64,000 bases of DNA from Alphaproteobacteria bacterium (lineage in GTDB: Bacteria; Pseudomonadota; Alphaproteobacteria; CACIAM-22H2). Position 1 is the first letter of the stretch, and the number at the start of each line of letters is the position of its first letter. Location of the stretch: positions 46,296 through 110,295 of the forward strand of contig JAFKFM010000010.1 of assembly GCA_017308135.1 (NCBI GenBank), written 5' to 3'. Shown piece by piece: positions 28,775 to 38,454 of the stretch. The position numbers and the translations under genes are program-made. The notes under the pieces are model-generated. The model made no database searches, was not told the origin of the DNA, and worked only from the letters and a program-made list of their open reading frames with translations.

Positions 28775-30101
28775 CTACAAGCTCGCGCGCCAGGGCAGGG
28801 CGGGGGCTGCCTTGGCGATCGCGGCTCTTGCTTCGCTGTTTGCGGGAGTTGTCGCCACGCTGTTCATTGCCTTGTTCGCCCCGCCGCTTGCCCAACTCGC
28901 TTTGCTGTTCGGACCGGCGGAATATTTCTCGCTGATGGTATTGGGCCTCATCGCCGCGATCGTGTTGGCCCAAGGCTCGATCCCCAAGTCGCTGGCGATG
29001 ATCGTGCTCGGCCTGCTGCTTTCGGCCGTCGGCACCGATCTCAATTCCGGCGTGCCACGCAGGACGTTCGGTCTCACGGAGCTGATCGACGGCATCAATT
29101 TCGTTCCGTTGGCGATGGGTATTTTCGCGGTTGGCGAAATCATCTGCAATCTCGAGAAGCCGGAACAGCGCAGCGTGTTCTCCAGCAGAATTTCCGGATT
29201 GTGGCTGACGCGCGAGGATTTCCGCCGCTGCTGGCCCGCGACCTTGCGCGGCACCGCGCTGGGCTCTGCCTTGGGCTTATTGCCGGGCGGCGGCACAATG
29301 CTTAGCTTCTTCGCCGCCTACGCGGTTGAAAAACGCCTGTCGCGCACGCCCGAGCAGTTCGGCGAAGGCGCCGTCGAAGGTGTGGCCGCACCCGAAGCGG
29401 CGAACAACGCCGGTGCGCAGACCTCGTTCATTCCGTTGCTGACGCTGGGCATTCCCTCGAATGCCGTCATCGCGCTCATGGCGGGTGCGATGATGATCCA
29501 GGGCATCCAGCCCGGTCCGCAGATCATGGCCAAGAACCCCGAACTGTTATGGGGCGTGGTCGCATCGATGCTGATCGGCAACGTGATGCTGGTCATCATC
29601 AATCTGCCGCTGATCCGCATCTGGGTGACACTGTTGCGTATTCCATACCACTATCTCTATCCCGCGATCCTGGTGTTCTGCTGCATCGGCGTCTACACGG
29701 TGAATCGCGCGGTCTTCGACGTGGTGTTGTTGCTGGTGTTCGGAGTGTTCGGCTATCTGTTTCAGAAGCTGAAGTTCGAACCTGCGCCGCTGTTGCTCGC
29801 TTTCGTGCTCGGGCCGCTGATGGAGGAAAGCCTGCGCCGCGCCATGGTGATCTCACGCGGCGATCCGACCGTTTTCGTCAGCCGCCCCATCAGCGCCAAG
29901 CTGTTGGCGGTCGCGGCGGTGCTCCTGGTTTTGGTGCTGCTGCCGCTTTCCGCCGCACGCGCGCGACCGCGTTTCAGGAGAACGTGTGAAAGGAAGGGGG
30001 TCGCGTTAAGGCTCGTTCCAACATTGCTGATCAACGGTTCCGATGAAATAGAGCCCCGGTTTTCAATCGGGCCTCTTTGTCGGGTAGGAAAGTTCGCATA
30101 G
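28716..30101 (+). pseudogene. tctA: 5'-truncated tctA (tripartite tricarboxylate transporter large permease), ~90 N-terminal residues missing, no tctB/tctC nearby
   Basis: The reading frame opens only after a TAG at 28716. The product aligns to TctA from the conserved ...SSVVTCLDGY(K/Q)(L/M)ARQGRAG block onward. No upstream frame contains the TctA N-terminus. Confidence 0.6.
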
Positions 30102-30117
30102 ATTCGCTCGTGGCCGC

Positions 30118-31158
30118 CTATTTCCCGCGCATCGCGGCGAGTTGCGGACCTAGCCGCGGATAGACGCGCAGCGCGTTCTTGAAGAAGATCTTGTCCTGAT
30201 CGTCCTTACTCAACGTCGTGATCTGGTCGAGATAGCGCTTGGTGTCGTCGAAATTATGGCCGGTTTCGGGATCGATGCCTTTGACCGCGCCCACCATCTC
30301 CGACGCGAACAGAATATTGTCGATCGGGATCACCTTGGTCAGCAATTCGATACCCGGCAGATGGTAGACGCAGGTATCGAAGAACACGTTCTTCAGCAGG
30401 TGTTCTGACAGCGGCGGGCGATTCAGATTCTGCGCTAGGCCGCGATAGCGTCCCCAATGATAGGGGGCGGCCCCACCGCCATGCGGGATGACGAATTTCA
30501 AGGTCGGAAAATCCTTGAACAGATCGCCCGTTAAAAACTGCATGAACGCGGTTGTGTTGCCGTTGATGTAGTGCACGCCGGTCGTATGGAAACACGGATT
30601 GCACGACGCGCTGACATGCACCATCGCGGGCACGTCGAGTTCGACCATCTTCTCGTAGAGCGGATACCACCAGCGATCGGTCAGCGGCAGCTCCTTCCAA
30701 TAACCGCCGGAAGGGTCGGGATTGAGATTGAGCCCGACGAAGCCAAGCTCTTTCACGCACCGCTCGAGCTCGGGGATCAGCGTCTTGGGCGATACGCCGG
30801 AGACTTGCGGCAATTGCGCGACGCCGACGAAACTGCCGGGATAAAGCGTGCAGACGCGATGGATCAGGTCGTTGCAGAACCGCGCCCAGACGCTCGATAC
30901 TTCGAAATCGCCGATATGGTGGCCCATGCCGAGCGCCCGCGGCGAGAATAGCGTTACGTCGGTGCCGCGTTCGCGCTGCTGCTTCAACTGCGCGCCTTCG
31001 ATTCCGGGCCGGATCGCCGCGTCGGGAATATCGGGAACCGCCGGCGGCCGGTTGTTTTTGGGATCGGCGGCATAGGCGATCTGCAGATCGCGGAAAACCT
31101 GCAACGCCGTGGGCGCGGTCGTGTAGTGGCCGTGGCAATCGATAATCATGTCGTGCAT
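30118..31158 (-). CDS. Amidohydrolase-2 family protein (ACMSD / LigJ / gamma-resorcylate-decarboxylase-like)
   Basis: MHDMIIDCHGHY N-terminal metal-binding motif, 346 aa. Confidence 0.8.
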   Translation of the reverse strand: MHDMIIDCHGHYTTAPTALQVFRDLQIAYAADPKNNRPPAVPDIPDAAIRPGIEGAQLKQQRERGTDVTLFSPRALGMGHHIGDFEVSSVWARFCNDLIHRVCTLYPGSFVGVAQLPQVSGVSPKTLIPELERCVKELGFVGLNLNPDPSGGYWKELPLTDRWWYPLYEKMVELDVPAMVHVSASCNPCFHTTGVHYINGNTTAFMQFLTGDLFKDFPTLKFVIPHGGGAAPYHWGRYRGLAQNLNRPPLSEHLLKNVFFDTCVYHLPGIELLTKVIPIDNILFASEMVGAVKGIDPETGHNFDDTKRYLDQITTLSKDDQDKIFFKNALRVYPRLGPQLAAMRGK

Positions 31159-31180
31159 CCTTGTTGCCCGGTGAAGCCGT

Positions 31181-31963
31181 TCAGAAGACCCCTTCGTAGG
31201 ATCCGCCGTCGAGTTGGAAATTCTGGCCGGTCATGAAGCCGGTATAGGTGCTGCAAAGGAACGCGCAGGTGGCGCCGAATTCCTCGGTCCGGCCGAAGCG
31301 GCGCGCGGGCAGACTGTCGGCGATGCGCTGGCGCGCTTCTTCCATCGTGATGCCCTCGGCCTTCATGATGCGCTCGGCCATGAAACGCTGCCGATCGGTA
31401 TCGATACGCTCGGGCAGCATGTTGTTGATCGTCACGTTGTCGACGATCGCTTCGCGCGATACGGCCTTGCACAATCCGGTCAACGCCGTACGCGCCGCGG
31501 TCGACAGGCCCATGTCGGGAAAGCGCGGCGATTTCACCATCGCCGACGTGATGTTGACGATGCGCCCGAACTTTCGCGCCCGCATGCCCGGCAGTACCGC
31601 GCGGATCATGAAGATCGGTGCCAGCATATTGGCTTCGAGTGCGCCCATCCATTCGGCGCGGCCCCAATCCTGGAACTTGCCCGGCGGCGGTCCGGCATTG
31701 TTGTTGATCAAAATGTCGGGTTCCGGGCACGCCGCGACCAGTGCCGCGCGCCCCTCGTCTGTCCGGATATCGGCGCGCACGGCGACGACCGCGCCGCCGC
31801 TCAGGGCGCGGATTTCGGCGGCGGTTCCTTCCAAACGGTCGGGGTCGAGGCCGTTGACGACGACGGCGCAGCCCTCCGCCGCCAATGCCGTCGCGCAGGC
31901 TTTGCCGAGACCGCGCGACGACGCGCAGACGATCGCGCGCCGGCCTTTGAGTCCGAGATCCAT
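31181..31963 (-). CDS. SDR-family oxidoreductase
   Basis: Gly-rich NAD(P)-binding motif (IVCASSRGLGKA), NNAG, catalytic S-Y-K spacing. Start at MDLGLKGRRAIV overlaps the upstream stop (TGATG). Confidence 0.85.
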   Translation of the reverse strand: MDLGLKGRRAIVCASSRGLGKACATALAAEGCAVVVNGLDPDRLEGTAAEIRALSGGAVVAVRADIRTDEGRAALVAACPEPDILINNNAGPPPGKFQDWGRAEWMGALEANMLAPIFMIRAVLPGMRARKFGRIVNITSAMVKSPRFPDMGLSTAARTALTGLCKAVSREAIVDNVTINNMLPERIDTDRQRFMAERIMKAEGITMEEARQRIADSLPARRFGRTEEFGATCAFLCSTYTGFMTGQNFQLDGGSYEGVF

Positions 31964-32982
31964 CAATTTTCTCCCATCGTGACGTTCGCCGCCGTGCCGC
32001 GCACGGTTCCTTCGGGGCAGTCGCCCGGCATTAGCGTGTAGTTGCCGCGCATGACCTGGACGGGGCGGCGCAAACCCTCCGCCGCCAAGCGCAAGCGCAG
32101 ATCGCGCGCCGCTTCGCGCTTGTCTTGCGGCAGCCAGGATCGCTCGTGGCCCCATAGGCTGGGACCTTCGTGGCGTTCGCTCGCCGTCCATGTCGCGGGA
32201 TCGATCAGCCGGCCGCCCCAGCCATGTTCGATCAGAAAGCCCGATGGCGTGCGCGTGTAGTACGAGGTCATGTAGTCGCCGCAATGGCGGCCCAGCGTGA
32301 CCGCCAGACGATCCGGGTCGAGCAAGGCGAGATCGTAGCCTTGGCCCACATCGTCGAAACCGAAATGCTCCAGCATCAAGTGATGCACGCCGTTCGCGCC
32401 GTTGACGAAAGCGAGGCTGTGATGGCGCGCGTTGACGTGCAGGAAATAGGCGGGAAAGGGTTTGTTGTAGAAATCGCTTACCCCGAAGCCGAGCACGTCG
32501 CGATAGAAGGCGGCCATGCCGGCGGGATCGGTCGTCGTCATCACGACATGGCCAAGACCAAGGGCGCCGGTCCGGAAGCCCGATTGCGCGCGCCCCGGCG
32601 CGAAAGCCAGATCCGCCAGACGCGCGCCGTAGCCGATCTCCAGCCGGTTGCCCAGCGGATCCTTCAATACGATCATATCGGCGACGTCGCGCCTTGCGGC
32701 GAGGGCGCGATCGCCGCGTGCGACCGCGATGCCCGACGCTTCGGCGCGCGCGGCCAAGGCGTCGAGCGATGCGGCGTCGGCGACCTCCCAGCCGTAGACG
32801 GAGATTCCGTCGCCGCCGTCCGCTTCGACGAACAGGCGTTGGCGGCGCTCGTCCGCGCGGAACGACAACACGCCCCCGGCGCGGTCGCCGGCCTGTAGGC
32901 CGACCATACGCGTTCCGTAATCGGCCCAGTCGTCGAGGTTCTTCGCGCGAAGACCGAGATAGGAAAGTGCCGTAACGCGCAT
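31963..32982 (-). CDS. Extradiol ring-cleavage dioxygenase, VOC superfamily (catechol-2,3-dioxygenase / BphC-like) with ~40-aa C-terminal extension
   Basis: Two glyoxalase-like modules. Start at MRVTALSYLGLRAKNLDDW (cat at 32980-32982). The track ORF extends 45 codons further upstream. Confidence 0.7.
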   Translation of the reverse strand: MRVTALSYLGLRAKNLDDWADYGTRMVGLQAGDRAGGVLSFRADERRQRLFVEADGGDGISVYGWEVADAASLDALAARAEASGIAVARGDRALAARRDVADMIVLKDPLGNRLEIGYGARLADLAFAPGRAQSGFRTGALGLGHVVMTTTDPAGMAAFYRDVLGFGVSDFYNKPFPAYFLHVNARHHSLAFVNGANGVHHLMLEHFGFDDVGQGYDLALLDPDRLAVTLGRHCGDYMTSYYTRTPSGFLIEHGWGGRLIDPATWTASERHEGPSLWGHERSWLPQDKREAARDLRLRLAAEGLRRPVQVMRGNYTLMPGDCPEGTVRGTAANVTMGEN

Positions 32983-32998
32983 ATGTGGTTCCCCCCGC

Positions 32999-34015
32999 TC
33001 AGGCCGTTCGCGCGGCGCGCGGTTGCGCCGCTTCGATCGCTTCGAAATGGTGGCAGGCGACTTGATGGCCGTCGCCCGCCAAGCGCAGCCCCGGGCGTTC
33101 GGCGGCGCATCGCGCATCGGCGAACCGGCACCGCGTGCGGAAATGGCAGCCGCTCGGCGGATTATGCGGATCGGGTAATTCGCCGCTGCCCAGGCGCTGG
33201 CTGCCGAAAGGTTCGCGCATCGACGCGACCGTCACGAGGCGTCGCGTATAGGGATGCAAAGGACGGCCGAGCACGGAATCGGCGGAGCCGATTTCGACCA
33301 TGCGGCCGAAATACATGACGCCGACGGATGTGCTGATGTGATTCACGATCGCCAGATCGTGACCGATGAACAGATAGGTGAGGCCGAGCCGCGCCTGCAT
33401 CTCGACCAGAAGATTGAGGATCTGCGCGCGGATCGACACGTCGAGCGCCGAAACGGGCTCGTCCAGCACCAGCAGGCGCGGATTGACCGAAATGGCGCGT
33501 GCGATGGCGACGCGTTGGCGCTGCCCGCCGCTGAATTGGTGCGGGTAACGCGCGCCCGCTTCGCGGGCGAGGCCGACGGATTCGAGCAGACGCGGCACGG
33601 CGGCATCGATCGCGGCTTGCGTCTCGCCTTGGGCGCGCATCGGCTCGCCCACGATGTCGCGCACGCGCAAGCGCGGGCTCAGCGCGCCGTAGGGGTCCTG
33701 CAAGACCGCTTGAACCATGCGGCGATTGGCGGCGCGTTCGCGCGCATCGTGCGCCGCGATATCGCGGCCGGCGATTTCGATGGTGCCGCCGCTGGGCTTC
33801 TCCAGCTTCAACATCATATTGGCGACGGTCGTCTTGCCGCTCCCGGATTCCCCGACCAGCCCGAATGTCGTGCCGGCGGGAATATCGAACGATACGTCGT
33901 CGACGGCGACGACCGGCCGCGTGGCGCCGAACAAGCCGAGGCCGCGCGCCTGGAACTGTTTGGTCAGGCCGCGCACGCGCACGAGCGGCATGGCGATTGT
34001 CGTCTCGCCGCTCAT
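32999..34015 (-). CDS. Peptide/nickel-type ABC ATP-binding protein (DppF-like)
   Basis: [31 protein letters not shown]. Start at MSGETTIAMPLVRVRGL. The 610-aa track ORF 32999..34831 is a fusion artefact running across two genes. Confidence 0.9.
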   Translation of the reverse strand: MSGETTIAMPLVRVRGLTKQFQARGLGLFGATRPVVAVDDVSFDIPAGTTFGLVGESGSGKTTVANMMLKLEKPSGGTIEIAGRDIAAHDARERAANRRMVQAVLQDPYGALSPRLRVRDIVGEPMRAQGETQAAIDAAVPRLLESVGLAREAGARYPHQFSGGQRQRVAIARAISVNPRLLVLDEPVSALDVSIRAQILNLLVEMQARLGLTYLFIGHDLAIVNHISTSVGVMYFGRMVEIGSADSVLGRPLHPYTRRLVTVASMREPFGSQRLGSGELPDPHNPPSGCHFRTRCRFADARCAAERPGLRLAGDGHQVACHHFEAIEAAQPRAARTA

Positions 34016-34986
34016 GGCCGTGGCACCAGATCCCAGCAAAACGCGCGGTGGTCGCCGGCGATCCGCGTTTCGCGCGGGATCTCGGTCCGGCAACGCGCCT
34101 GGACGCGGGCGCAGCGCGGCGCGAAGGCGCAGTTCTCGCCGGCGTCGGCGAGGCTCGGCACCTGTCCCGGAATCGTACGCAAGGCGCCGCGCTTGCCATC
34201 GATGCGTGGAATCGATTCCAGAAGCGCTCGCGTATAGGGATGTCGCGGCGATTCGAAGATGGTTTCGACCGGCCCTTCTTCGACGATGCGCCCCAGATAC
34301 ATGATGACGATCCGGTCGCAGAGGCGGCGGATGACGCCCAGATCGTGCGTGACGACCACGATCGCCGTGCCGTGGCGGTCGCGGATCTCGTTGAACAGGA
34401 CCAGGATCTCCTCTTGGATCGTCGCGTCGAGCGCGGTCGTGGGCTCGTCGGCCAGCAGCAGTTTCGGCGCGGCGGCGCTCGCCATACCGATCAGCACGCG
34501 CTGGCGCATGCCGCCGCTGAGCTCGTGCGGGTATTGATGGACGCGCCGTTCGGGGGCCGTCAGGTGAACAGCACGCAGAACATCGACCACGCGCCGGCCG
34601 CGCTCCGCCGCCGATACGCCCGCACGGGTGGTCAGCACCTCGCCGAGCTGATCGCCGATCGTGAACAGCGGATCGAGCGAGGTCATCGGATTTTGCAGAA
34701 TCATCGAGATTTCGCGGCCGCGCAGGCGGCGCAGCTCGGCCGCACCCATCGCGTTCAACGAGCGACCGGCGAACACGATGTCGCCCGCGACCCGCGCTTC
34801 GTCGGGCAAGGCGCGGATCATCGCCGAGCACAGCGTGCTTTTCCCGCTGCCTGACTCACCGGCGATCCCGATGATCTCGCCGGGGCGGATGGCGAGGTCG
34901 ACATGCGCCACCGCCGGCAGCGGCCGTTCCGGCGTGCCGTAGGAAACGCAAAGGTCGCGCAGTTCGAGAAGATCGCTCGTCGTCAT
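34012..34986 (-). CDS. Peptide/nickel-type ABC ATP-binding protein (DppD-like)
   Basis: [23 protein letters not shown], start MTTSDLLELRDL. 4-nt overlap with the downstream gene. Confidence 0.9.
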   Translation of the reverse strand: MTTSDLLELRDLCVSYGTPERPLPAVAHVDLAIRPGEIIGIAGESGSGKSTLCSAMIRALPDEARVAGDIVFAGRSLNAMGAAELRRLRGREISMILQNPMTSLDPLFTIGDQLGEVLTTRAGVSAAERGRRVVDVLRAVHLTAPERRVHQYPHELSGGMRQRVLIGMASAAAPKLLLADEPTTALDATIQEEILVLFNEIRDRHGTAIVVVTHDLGVIRRLCDRIVIMYLGRIVEEGPVETIFESPRHPYTRALLESIPRIDGKRGALRTIPGQVPSLADAGENCAFAPRCARVQARCRTEIPRETRIAGDHRAFCWDLVPRP

Positions 34987-35858
34987 AATTGTCCGCGCGG
35001 ATCGAGACGGCGCTTGGCCCAACGGCCCAGCGTGTTGAAGGCGAGAACCGTCACCACGATGGCGAGACCGGGCAGGGTCGTGAGCCACCAGGCGAAGCCT
35101 AGGAAAGTGCGGCCGTCGGCGAGCATCAAACCCCACGAGACGTCGGGCGGCTGGATGCCGACACCCAGGAACGACAGCGACGATTCGAGGATGATCGCGC
35201 GGCCGACATCGAGGATCGCGAGTACGGCGACGGAATTGAGCGCGTTGGGCAGTACGTGGCGCAACATGATGATCGGCGGCGACACGCCCGCGATGCGCGC
35301 CAGGGTGACGTAGTCGCTTTGCTTGATGCCGATCACTTCGCTGCGCACCAGCCGGGCGTAGCGTGGCCAGTTGGTGATGATGATGACCAGGACGATATTC
35401 GCGAAGCCCGAACCCAGTGCGGCCACGACGGCCAGCGCCATCAGCACGAAAGGCACGGCCAGGAAGGCGTCGACCAAACGCATCGCGATCGATTCGACGA
35501 TCCCGCCGACGTAGCCCGCGATCAGCCCGACCATGACGCCGATCGCGCCGCCGATCAGCGTCGCGGCGGCGGCGGTGAATAGGGACACGCGCGCGCCCGC
35601 GATCAAGCGGCTCAGCGTGTCGCGCCCCAATTGATCGGTGCCGAACAGATGGCCGAGACTGCCGCCATTCTGCCACGCGGGCGGCAAAAGACTGTCGGCC
35701 AGCGACACGGCATCCTTCGCGTAGGGCGCGAAATATTCGCCGACCGTCGCGGCGGCAATCATGAACGCGCAAATCGCGAGGGCGATCGGCGGAACGCCGC
35801 CCGCGCGCCGGGCTTTGGCCGTCCAGCCGAAGAATCCGGTCGGGGTACTCGCGCTCAT
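34983..35858 (-). CDS. Peptide/nickel-type ABC permease (DppC-like)
   Basis: Start MSASTPTGFFGW; ~291 aa polytopic. The upstream 400 aa of the track ORF is antisense/read-through. Confidence 0.85.
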   Translation of the reverse strand: MSASTPTGFFGWTAKARRAGGVPPIALAICAFMIAAATVGEYFAPYAKDAVSLADSLLPPAWQNGGSLGHLFGTDQLGRDTLSRLIAGARVSLFTAAAATLIGGAIGVMVGLIAGYVGGIVESIAMRLVDAFLAVPFVLMALAVVAALGSGFANIVLVIIITNWPRYARLVRSEVIGIKQSDYVTLARIAGVSPPIIMLRHVLPNALNSVAVLAILDVGRAIILESSLSFLGVGIQPPDVSWGLMLADGRTFLGFAWWLTTLPGLAIVVTVLAFNTLGRWAKRRLDPRGQL

Positions 35859-36769
35859 TTGCGCAGCCTCGGATCGAGGATGAGATAGACGAGATCGACG
35901 AGCAGATTGATCATCATGAACAGGAATGCGGTCAGGACGACGATGGCCTGCACGACCGGATAGTCGCGATTCAGAATCGCTTCGACCACGCGCTGGCCGA
36001 TACCGGGCCACGCGAAAATGCGTTCGGTGACGATGGCGCCGCTCAAGATCAGCCCGAACTGCAGGCCCAAATAGGTGACGATCGGCAGCGACGCGTTGCG
36101 CAAAGCGTGTTTGAGCACGATACGCGGTGCCGAAAGCCCCAACACGCGCTCCATGCGGATGAAGTCGCTTTTCAAAGCTTCCTCCACGTTCGCCAGCGTC
36201 AATCCGGCGATCGCCGCACCGGTCGGGATCGACAAGGTCAGGGCCGGCAGCACGTAATGCCGCGGCGCGCCGTAGCCCGAGGTCGGCAGCAAGCCGAATT
36301 CCAGCGCCAGCAGCGACACCAGCATCAGCCCGACCCAGAAGGCGGGCATCGCTTGGCCGAGACTCGCCAACCCGTTGACGAACTCCTTCACCGTTTCGTT
36401 TCGGCTGGCGGCCGCCGCGAGGCCCAGCGGCAAGCCGACGGCGATCGACAGCGCCATCGCGACGGCGGTGAGTTTGAGCGTCGGCCCCACCGCTTGCAGC
36501 GCGATATCGATGGCGGGCTCCTTGAAACGGAAGGATTCGCCGAACTGACCGTTCGCGACATCGGCGATGAAGATCGCGTATTGCTCGAAAACGCTGCGGT
36601 CGAGCGCATAGTACTCGCGGAAAGCCTGACGCATCTCCTCGGTCGCTTCGGGCGCGAGCAGCAGCGGGGTCGGGTCGCCGGTCAGCCGTGCCAGACAAAA
36701 GACGATCATGGTGACGAGCAGCAGCGTCACCAGCGTCTCCCCCAATCGTCGAACAACGAAATAAAGCAT
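35855..36769 (-). CDS. Peptide/nickel-type ABC permease (DppB-like)
   Basis: 304 aa, MLYFVVRRLGETLVTLLLVTMIVFCLARLTGDP. Confidence 0.9.
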   Translation of the reverse strand: MLYFVVRRLGETLVTLLLVTMIVFCLARLTGDPTPLLLAPEATEEMRQAFREYYALDRSVFEQYAIFIADVANGQFGESFRFKEPAIDIALQAVGPTLKLTAVAMALSIAVGLPLGLAAAASRNETVKEFVNGLASLGQAMPAFWVGLMLVSLLALEFGLLPTSGYGAPRHYVLPALTLSIPTGAAIAGLTLANVEEALKSDFIRMERVLGLSAPRIVLKHALRNASLPIVTYLGLQFGLILSGAIVTERIFAWPGIGQRVVEAILNRDYPVVQAIVVLTAFLFMMINLLVDLVYLILDPRLRK

Positions 36770-36793
36770 TTCGGACTTTCCGATTCTCCGCTG

Positions 36794-37624
36794 TCAGCCC
36801 GGAGCCGCTTCGCGCGCGCGCGCGGACATGTACCGGCGCGTGACGTCGAAGGCGTGTTGCGCCCAGACTTCCGGGACGACGGGAGCGTCCTGCGGGGGCA
36901 TGAGTTCGACGCTGAGCGGCAACCCGGCGGGCAAGGCGTCGAGTATCGCGGCGAGCGGCAGATTGCCTTCGCCCGGTAAAGCGCGCGTACCGGGTCCCAT
37001 TTCCGCGCGGCCGATCTTCGCGGGATCGGCTTCGCCCGGCGCCACGATTCCGTCGGTCCATTGGGCGTAAGGCAGAAGCTTGCGATCGACCTTGGCGAGG
37101 GCGGCGGGAGTCCCGCCTGAGCGGGTCAAATGCAACGGATCGATACAGATGATCGCGTTGGATCGGCCGCTTTCCTCGATCAGCCGCAACGCCAGTTCCA
37201 GAGTCGACAGGGTGCGCGCGGGCATGAATTCCAGCGCCGCAACCATGCCATTGTCGGCCGCGCGATCGCAGAACGCCATGAAATTGCGCCGCATGCGCGT
37301 CCAGTCGGGATCGTTGCCTTGGACGATCGCATAACGCGCACCGAACGTGGCGCCGACCGCCAAGGCTTTGCCCATATCGGCGAGGTCAGTCGTGGGCAGC
37401 ATGTAGAAGCTGAGAAGATCGAGCACGCGCATCTTCGAACGCGCCAGGATCGCCTTCATCGCGTCGATCAGCGCGTCGTCGTCGACGACCGGGAAATAGG
37501 GCAGATTTGGCGAGCGATAGAGGCGCAAGCCGACGCCGTCATAGCCCGCCTTTTCGGCCGCCATCAGGAACTCCAGCGGCGGCGTGTGCATCAATGTCGT
37601 GGGCGCGAGATAGAGCTCGTTCAT
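36794..37624 (-). CDS. Sugar-phosphate isomerase/epimerase (xylose-isomerase-like TIM barrel) family protein
   Basis: Start MNELYLAPTTL. Paralogous to the adjacent upstream gene (both begin ...LAPTTL...GYDGVGLRL). Confidence 0.75.
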   Translation of the reverse strand: MNELYLAPTTLMHTPPLEFLMAAEKAGYDGVGLRLYRSPNLPYFPVVDDDALIDAMKAILARSKMRVLDLLSFYMLPTTDLADMGKALAVGATFGARYAIVQGNDPDWTRMRRNFMAFCDRAADNGMVAALEFMPARTLSTLELALRLIEESGRSNAIICIDPLHLTRSGGTPAALAKVDRKLLPYAQWTDGIVAPGEADPAKIGRAEMGPGTRALPGEGNLPLAAILDALPAGLPLSVELMPPQDAPVVPEVWAQHAFDVTRRYMSARAREAAPG

Positions 37625-38454
37625 TCGCGCGCCTTCGCCGCGTAGTAGCCGGACAGGAAGCCGCGCACATTTGCGACGGTCACGCGCGCCCAATCGCCTG
37701 GCGCGTAGACGCGATCGGTCTGGTTCGGCAATTCAATGCTGAGCGGAATGCCGGCGGGCAGCGCATCGAGAATCTCCGTCATCGGAATGACACCTTCGCC
37801 GATCAAGCGGCGCTGATTCGGCCCCATGTGGCCCAGCAAGGCGGGGTCCGGCTCGCCGGGCCCGAGCAGTCCGTCGGAGACCTGCGCGTAAGGCAGAAGT
37901 TTGGGATCGATGGCGCGCAGATCGTCCGGCTTTTCGCCCGCGCGGATGAAGTTCAACGGATCGACGCAGACCGCGACATTGTCGCGTCCCGATTGCCGGG
38001 CCAGCTGAACGCTCTGCTTGATGCTCGCCAAAGGCCGGTGGACGGCCGGTTCTAGCGTGGCGACCAAACGATAGCGCGCGGCGAGGTCGCAGAACTTCGC
38101 GAAATTATCGACCAAGCGCGGCCAATTGGCGTCGGCGCCCATCGTCAAAACGTGACTCGCGCCCAGTTCGGCGCCAAGCGCCAAATAGGGTTCGAAATCC
38201 TCGACCTTCGTGTCGGGCTGCAGATAGCAGCTCAGCATGTCGACGACTTGCAGACCCGATCCGGCAAGACGGCGCTTCATCTCCGCGATCAGCGGCGCAT
38301 CGCCGAGGACGGGATGGAACGGAAGGCCGGGCGATTTGACCAGCCGCAAACCCACGGCGTCGTAGCCGCCCGCGATCGCGGCATCGATATAGTCGAGCGG
38401 CTTGGTATCGGGCAGGGTCGTCGGCGCCAGGGCTATCTTGTTCATTGCGGTCAT
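37621..38454 (-). CDS. Sugar-phosphate isomerase/epimerase (xylose-isomerase-like TIM barrel) family protein
   Basis: Start MTAMNKIALAPTTL. Tandem paralogue, 4-nt overlap. Confidence 0.75.
   Translation of the reverse strand: MTAMNKIALAPTTLPDTKPLDYIDAAIAGGYDAVGLRLVKSPGLPFHPVLGDAPLIAEMKRRLAGSGLQVVDMLSCYLQPDTKVEDFEPYLALGAELGASHVLTMGADANWPRLVDNFAKFCDLAARYRLVATLEPAVHRPLASIKQSVQLARQSGRDNVAVCVDPLNFIRAGEKPDDLRAIDPKLLPYAQVSDGLLGPGEPDPALLGHMGPNQRRLIGEGVIPMTEILDALPAGIPLSIELPNQTDRVYAPGDWARVTVANVRGFLSGYYAAKARE

Noticed and set aside
28316-29305. 329-aa + strand ORF overlapping the tctA fragment
   Set aside because: It is an alternative frame of tctA, with no domain, and is Arg/Gly-rich. A shadow ORF.
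32999-34831. 610-aa minus-strand ORF, with the companion 345-aa and 586-aa ORFs
   Set aside because: They are fusions of alternative-frame read-through with the real DppF/DppD ATPases. The true starts (MSGETT at 34015, MTTSDL at 34986) give normal-length ABC ATPases with 4-nt overlaps.
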